Shown here piece after piece: positions 61,025 to 64,000 of a stretch of DNA of 64,000 nucleotides; position 1 is the first letter of the stretch, and each line of letters starts with the position of its first letter. Under the pieces are notes generated by a model. The model saw only the letters and a list, made by a program, of their open reading frames with translations. It made no database searches and was not told where the DNA came from. The DNA is from an uncultured Clostridia bacterium. GTDB taxonomy: Bacteria > Bacillota > Clostridia > Oscillospirales > CAG-382. The DNA lies in NCBI GenBank assembly GCA_947628695.1, contig CANRAV010000009.1, positions 8,551 through 72,550 on the forward strand. Direction: 5' to 3'. Both the position numbers and the translations under genes were made by a program.

Positions 61025-64000
61025 CTATGAATCTATTGTTGAAATGCCAAGCGTAACTTCCTCCAAAACGTCAAGAAGCATACGCACTGTGTCAAGAGAC
61101 GTAAGCATTGTTACGTTGTTTTCCGCCGCACATCTACGGATTGCAACACCGTCGCCGTAGTGGTTGCCGGAAAGTATGGCGCGGGTGTTTATGACGTAGC
61201 TGACGTAGCCTGCACGGATGGAGTCCAGCACCTCCGTGCTGCCCTCGCTCGGCTTTAAGCGTATGCGCGTCCTTATCCCGTGCGAGCGCAGAAACTCGCC
61301 CGTCAAAGACGTTGCCTCTATATTAAAGCCCATGTCGTAAAACCTGCGGACAAGCGGAAGAGTCTCCTCCTTGTCCTCGTCGGCGACGCTTACCACAAGC
61401 GTGCCGTAATTGCGAAGCTTAAGCCCCGACGCAGTCATCGCCTTGTATGCCGCACGGTGGAGCTTGTCGTCGTAGCCTATCGCCTCGCCCGTGGACTTCA
61501 TCTCCGGCGAAAGGTAGGCATCCATGCCGTGAAGCTTTGAGAACGAGAATGCCGGCGCCTTCACGTAAAAGCGCTGTTTTTCCTTCGGATAGGTCACAAA
61601 TATGCCCTGCTCCCTAAGCGACATACCGAGGCTGCAAAGCGTTGCAATGTCCGCAAGGGAGAAGCCCGTTGCCTTCGACAGAAACGGAACCGTGCGCGAA
61701 GAACGCGGGTTTACCTCAATTATGTAAACCTTTTCGCTTTCGTCCACTATAAACTGTATGTTGAAAAGCCCTATTATGCCTATGCCGAGGCCGAGCTTCT
61801 GCGTGTAGTCGAGTATCGTGTCCTTCACGCCTTGGGAAATGCTGTAGGTCGGGTAGACGCTTATCGAGTCGCCCGAGTGGACGCCTGTTCTCTCTACAAG
61901 CTCCATAATGCCGGGAACGAAAACGTGCCTGCCGTCACAGACGGCGTCGACCTCCAGCTCCTTGCCCTTTATGTACTTGTCGACAAGGACGGGCTTGTCC
62001 TCCGATATTTCAACTGCGGTTTTCAGGTACTCCCTTAAGTCCCTCTCCTTGGCGACTATCTGCATAGCCCTCCCGCCAAGCACAAAGCTTGGGCGGACAA
62101 GTACGGGATAGCCTATCTCCTCCGCAGCGCGAACGCCCTCTTCAATTGATGTAACCGCCCTTCCCTTCGGCTGCGGAATGCCGAGGTCGGTAAGCAGCTT
62201 TTCAAAAGAGTCGCGGTTCTCGGCCTTTTCTATCGCGTCGCAGTCGGTGCCTATTATCTTCACCCCTCTGTCACGCAGGGGAGACGCAAGGTTTATCGCG
62301 GTCTGGCCGCCGAGGGTTGCAATTACGCCCTCCGGCTTTTCAAGCTCTATGACGTTCATCACGTCCTCAACACAAAGCGGCTCGAAATACAGCTTGTCGG
62401 AGCAGGTGTAATCGGTGGAAACCGTCTCCGGGTTGTTGTTTATTATTATCGCTTCGTAGCCGGATGCCTTTATGGTCTGCACGGCGTGGACGGTGGAATA
62501 GTCGAATTCCACCCCCTGGCCTATCCTTATAGGGCCGGAGCCTAAAACTACGACCTTCTTTTTAGCCGAAACTACCGACTCGTTCTCCTCCTCGTAGGTG
62601 GAGTAGAAGTAGGGGATGTAGCTTTCAAACTCCGAAGCGCAGGTGTCTATCATCTTGTAAACCGGCCTTATGCCCTTTTCGCGACGAAGGCGCCAAACCT
62701 CCTCCTCCGCGGTGTTCCAAAGCTTTGCTATTTCCCTGTCGCAAAAGCCCATTCTTTTCGCCTCGTAAAGGGCTTTGGTGTCGCCCGGGCTTTGCTTAAG
62801 GCGCTTTTCTTCTTCCACGATGTTTAGGATTTTGCGTATAAAGAAGCGGTCTATGGCCGTGGCGTCTGCAATTTCGTCGACGCCGCAGCCGAGGCGCAAA
62901 AGCTCCGCTATCGCATAAATGCGGTCGTCAGTGCCGATTTTTATGTAGTCTAAAAGCTCTTCCCTTGTTTTGCCGTCGAACTTGGGGCTTTGCAGGTGGT
63001 AAAGCCCTATCTCCAGCGAGCGCACCGCCTTAAGCAGGCTTTCCTCCGCAGTTCTGCCTATGCTCATGACCTCGCCCGTCGCCTTCATTTGGGTTGACAA
63101 CGAGTTGTTTGCGTCTGCAAACTTGTCAAAGGGGAAGCGAGGCATCTTCGTAACGACGTAGTCAAGCGTCGGCTCGAATGACGCGGGGGTGTTCGCAATG
63201 GCTATTTCGTCAAGCGTCATTCCGACGCCTATCTTTGCGGAAACGCGCGCTATGGGGTAGCCGCTTGCCTTTGAAGCGAGGGCTGACGAGCGCGAAACGC
63301 GGGGATTTACCTCTATAAGGTAGTACCCCATGGAGTTGGGGTCAAGCGCGAACTGCACGTTGCAGCCGCCCTCTATCTTAAGCGCGCGTATTATCTTAAG
63401 CGCGCTGTTCCGAAGCATGTGATACTCCTTGTTCGTAAGCGTCTGCGAAGGGCAGACGACGATGGAGTCGCCCGTGTGTATACCGACGGGGTCGAGGTTT
63501 TCCATGTTGCAGATGGTTATGGCGGTGTCGTTCTTGTCGCGCATAACCTCGTACTCTATCTCTTTAAAGCCCTTTATGCTTTTTTCGATAAGCACCTGGT
63601 TTACCGGGGAGAGGGAGAGGGCGTTTTTCATGAGTGGAAGGAACTCCTCCTCATTCTCGGCAAAGCCGCCTCCCGTGCCGCCGAGAGTGAAGGCGGGACG
63701 CAGAACGACGGGATAGCCTATCCTTTCCGCAACCTTAAGCCCGTCCTCTATATTGTTTGCAATGTCGGAGGGAAGAACCGGCTCTCCCAGCTCCTCGCAA
63801 AGCTCTTTGAACTTTTCACGGTCCTCTGCGCGTTCTATGCTGCTGCTTGGGGTGCCGAGAAGCTCTGCACGGCATTCCGCAAGGACGCCCTTTCTCTCCA
63901 GCTGCATGGCAAGGTTAAGCCCTATCTGCCCGCCTATGCCGGGGAGTATTGCGTCCGGCCTTTCGTAGCGTATTATCTTCGCCACATATTCAAGCGTAAG
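61025..64000 (-). CDS. carB: Carbamoyl-phosphate synthase large subunit, partial (N-terminus beyond window end)
   Basis: The frame stays open to position 64000 (..LTLEYVAKIIRYERPDAILPGIGGQIGLNLA...). Two ATP-grasp halves plus a C-terminal MGS-like domain. About 90 N-terminal residues are missing. Confidence 0.95.
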   Translation of the reverse strand, partial: LTLEYVAKIIRYERPDAILPGIGGQIGLNLAMQLERKGVLAECRAELLGTPSSSIERAEDREKFKELCEELGEPVLPSDIANNIEDGLKVAERIGYPVVLRPAFTLGGTGGGFAENEEEFLPLMKNALSLSPVNQVLIEKSIKGFKEIEYEVMRDKNDTAITICNMENLDPVGIHTGDSIVVCPSQTLTNKEYHMLRNSALKIIRALKIEGGCNVQFALDPNSMGYYLIEVNPRVSRSSALASKASGYPIARVSAKIGVGMTLDEIAIANTPASFEPTLDYVVTKMPRFPFDKFADANNSLSTQMKATGEVMSIGRTAEESLLKAVRSLEIGLYHLQSPKFDGKTREELLDYIKIGTDDRIYAIAELLRLGCGVDEIADATAIDRFFIRKILNIVEEEKRLKQSPGDTKALYEAKRMGFCDREIAKLWNTAEEEVWRLRREKGIRPVYKMIDTCASEFESYIPYFYSTYEEENESVVSAKKKVVVLGSGPIRIGQGVEFDYSTVHAVQTIKASGYEAIIINNNPETVSTDYTCSDKLYFEPLCVEDVMNVIELEKPEGVIATLGGQTAINLASPLRDRGVKIIGTDCDAIEKAENRDSFEKLLTDLGIPQPKGRAVTSIEEGVRAAEEIGYPVLVRPSFVLGGRAMQIVAKERDLREYLKTAVEISEDKPVLVDKYIKGKELEVDAVCDGRHVFVPGIMELVERTGVHSGDSISVYPTYSISQGVKDTILDYTQKLGLGIGIIGLFNIQFIVDESEKVYIIEVNPRSSRTVPFLSKATGFSLADIATLCSLGMSLREQGIFVTYPKEKQRFYVKAPAFSFSKLHGMDAYLSPEMKSTGEAIGYDDKLHRAAYKAMTASGLKLRNYGTLVVSVADEDKEETLPLVRRFYDMGFNIEATSLTGEFLRSHGIRTRIRLKPSEGSTEVLDSIRAGYVSYVINTRAILSGNHYGDGVAIRRCAAENNVTMLTSLDTVRMLLDVLEEVTLGISTIDS

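Noticed and set aside
1-64000. rRNA, tRNA, tmRNA, SRP RNA or RNase P genes
   Set aside because: I scanned the intergenic regions, notably 9.58-10.32 kb and 25.6-25.97 kb, for T-loop GGTTCGAATCC-like motifs, the SRP GGAAG/AGCAG motif and a tmRNA tag ORF. None were found. A covariance-model scan would be needed for certainty.

Overview
This looks like a chromosomal segment from a high-GC Firmicute. I infer a Clostridia or Oscillospiraceae-like organism from the gene content, the gene order and the dockerin-bearing proteins. No database search was possible, so all calls rest on reading the sequence and the ORF track. The core of the window is a complete S10-spc-alpha ribosomal protein supercluster on the minus strand (10.3-25.6 kb, rpsJ through rplQ). 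It includes secY, adk, map, a KOW protein, infA, rpmJ and rpoA. Housekeeping genes flank it. On the left are nagB, two HAD hydrolases, a CBS protein, an aldose epimerase, an AI-2E transporter, an FMN riboswitch with ribU, and a dat/P1-peptidase pair. On the right are a phosphosugar mutase, a LarA-homolog/malic enzyme/Ldh_2 operon, and a tightly packed minus-strand run from a P-loop ATPase to folD. That run is followed by a U32 peptidase, mltG, a CPBP protease, a DJ-1 protein, tmk, thyX, an ABC importer, a flavin reductase, a PaaK-like ligase with an ACT protein, nadE with a C-N hydrolase, dapL and a partial carB. Accessory-looking content consists of a visibly AT-richer sigma/anti-sigma/LRR-dockerin operon (27.9-31.0 kb), two tandem BspA-type LRR lipoproteins (50.4-53.1 kb) and a dockerin protein with a cohesin-like module (0.5-1.6 kb). 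The parts that gene annotation does not explain are listed here. (1) A 738-bp gene-free, hairpin-dense tract lies directly downstream of rplQ (9.58-10.32 kb). It contains two tandem ~115-nt modules whose 14-bp hairpin differs at four base pairs, all four compensated. (2) infA can only start at a CTG codon. (3) The LarA-family operon is more consistent with malate use than with lactate racemisation. I found no rRNA, tRNA, CRISPR array, transposase or integrase. Many long ORFs in the track are antisense artefacts of GC-rich coding sequence and were rejected.
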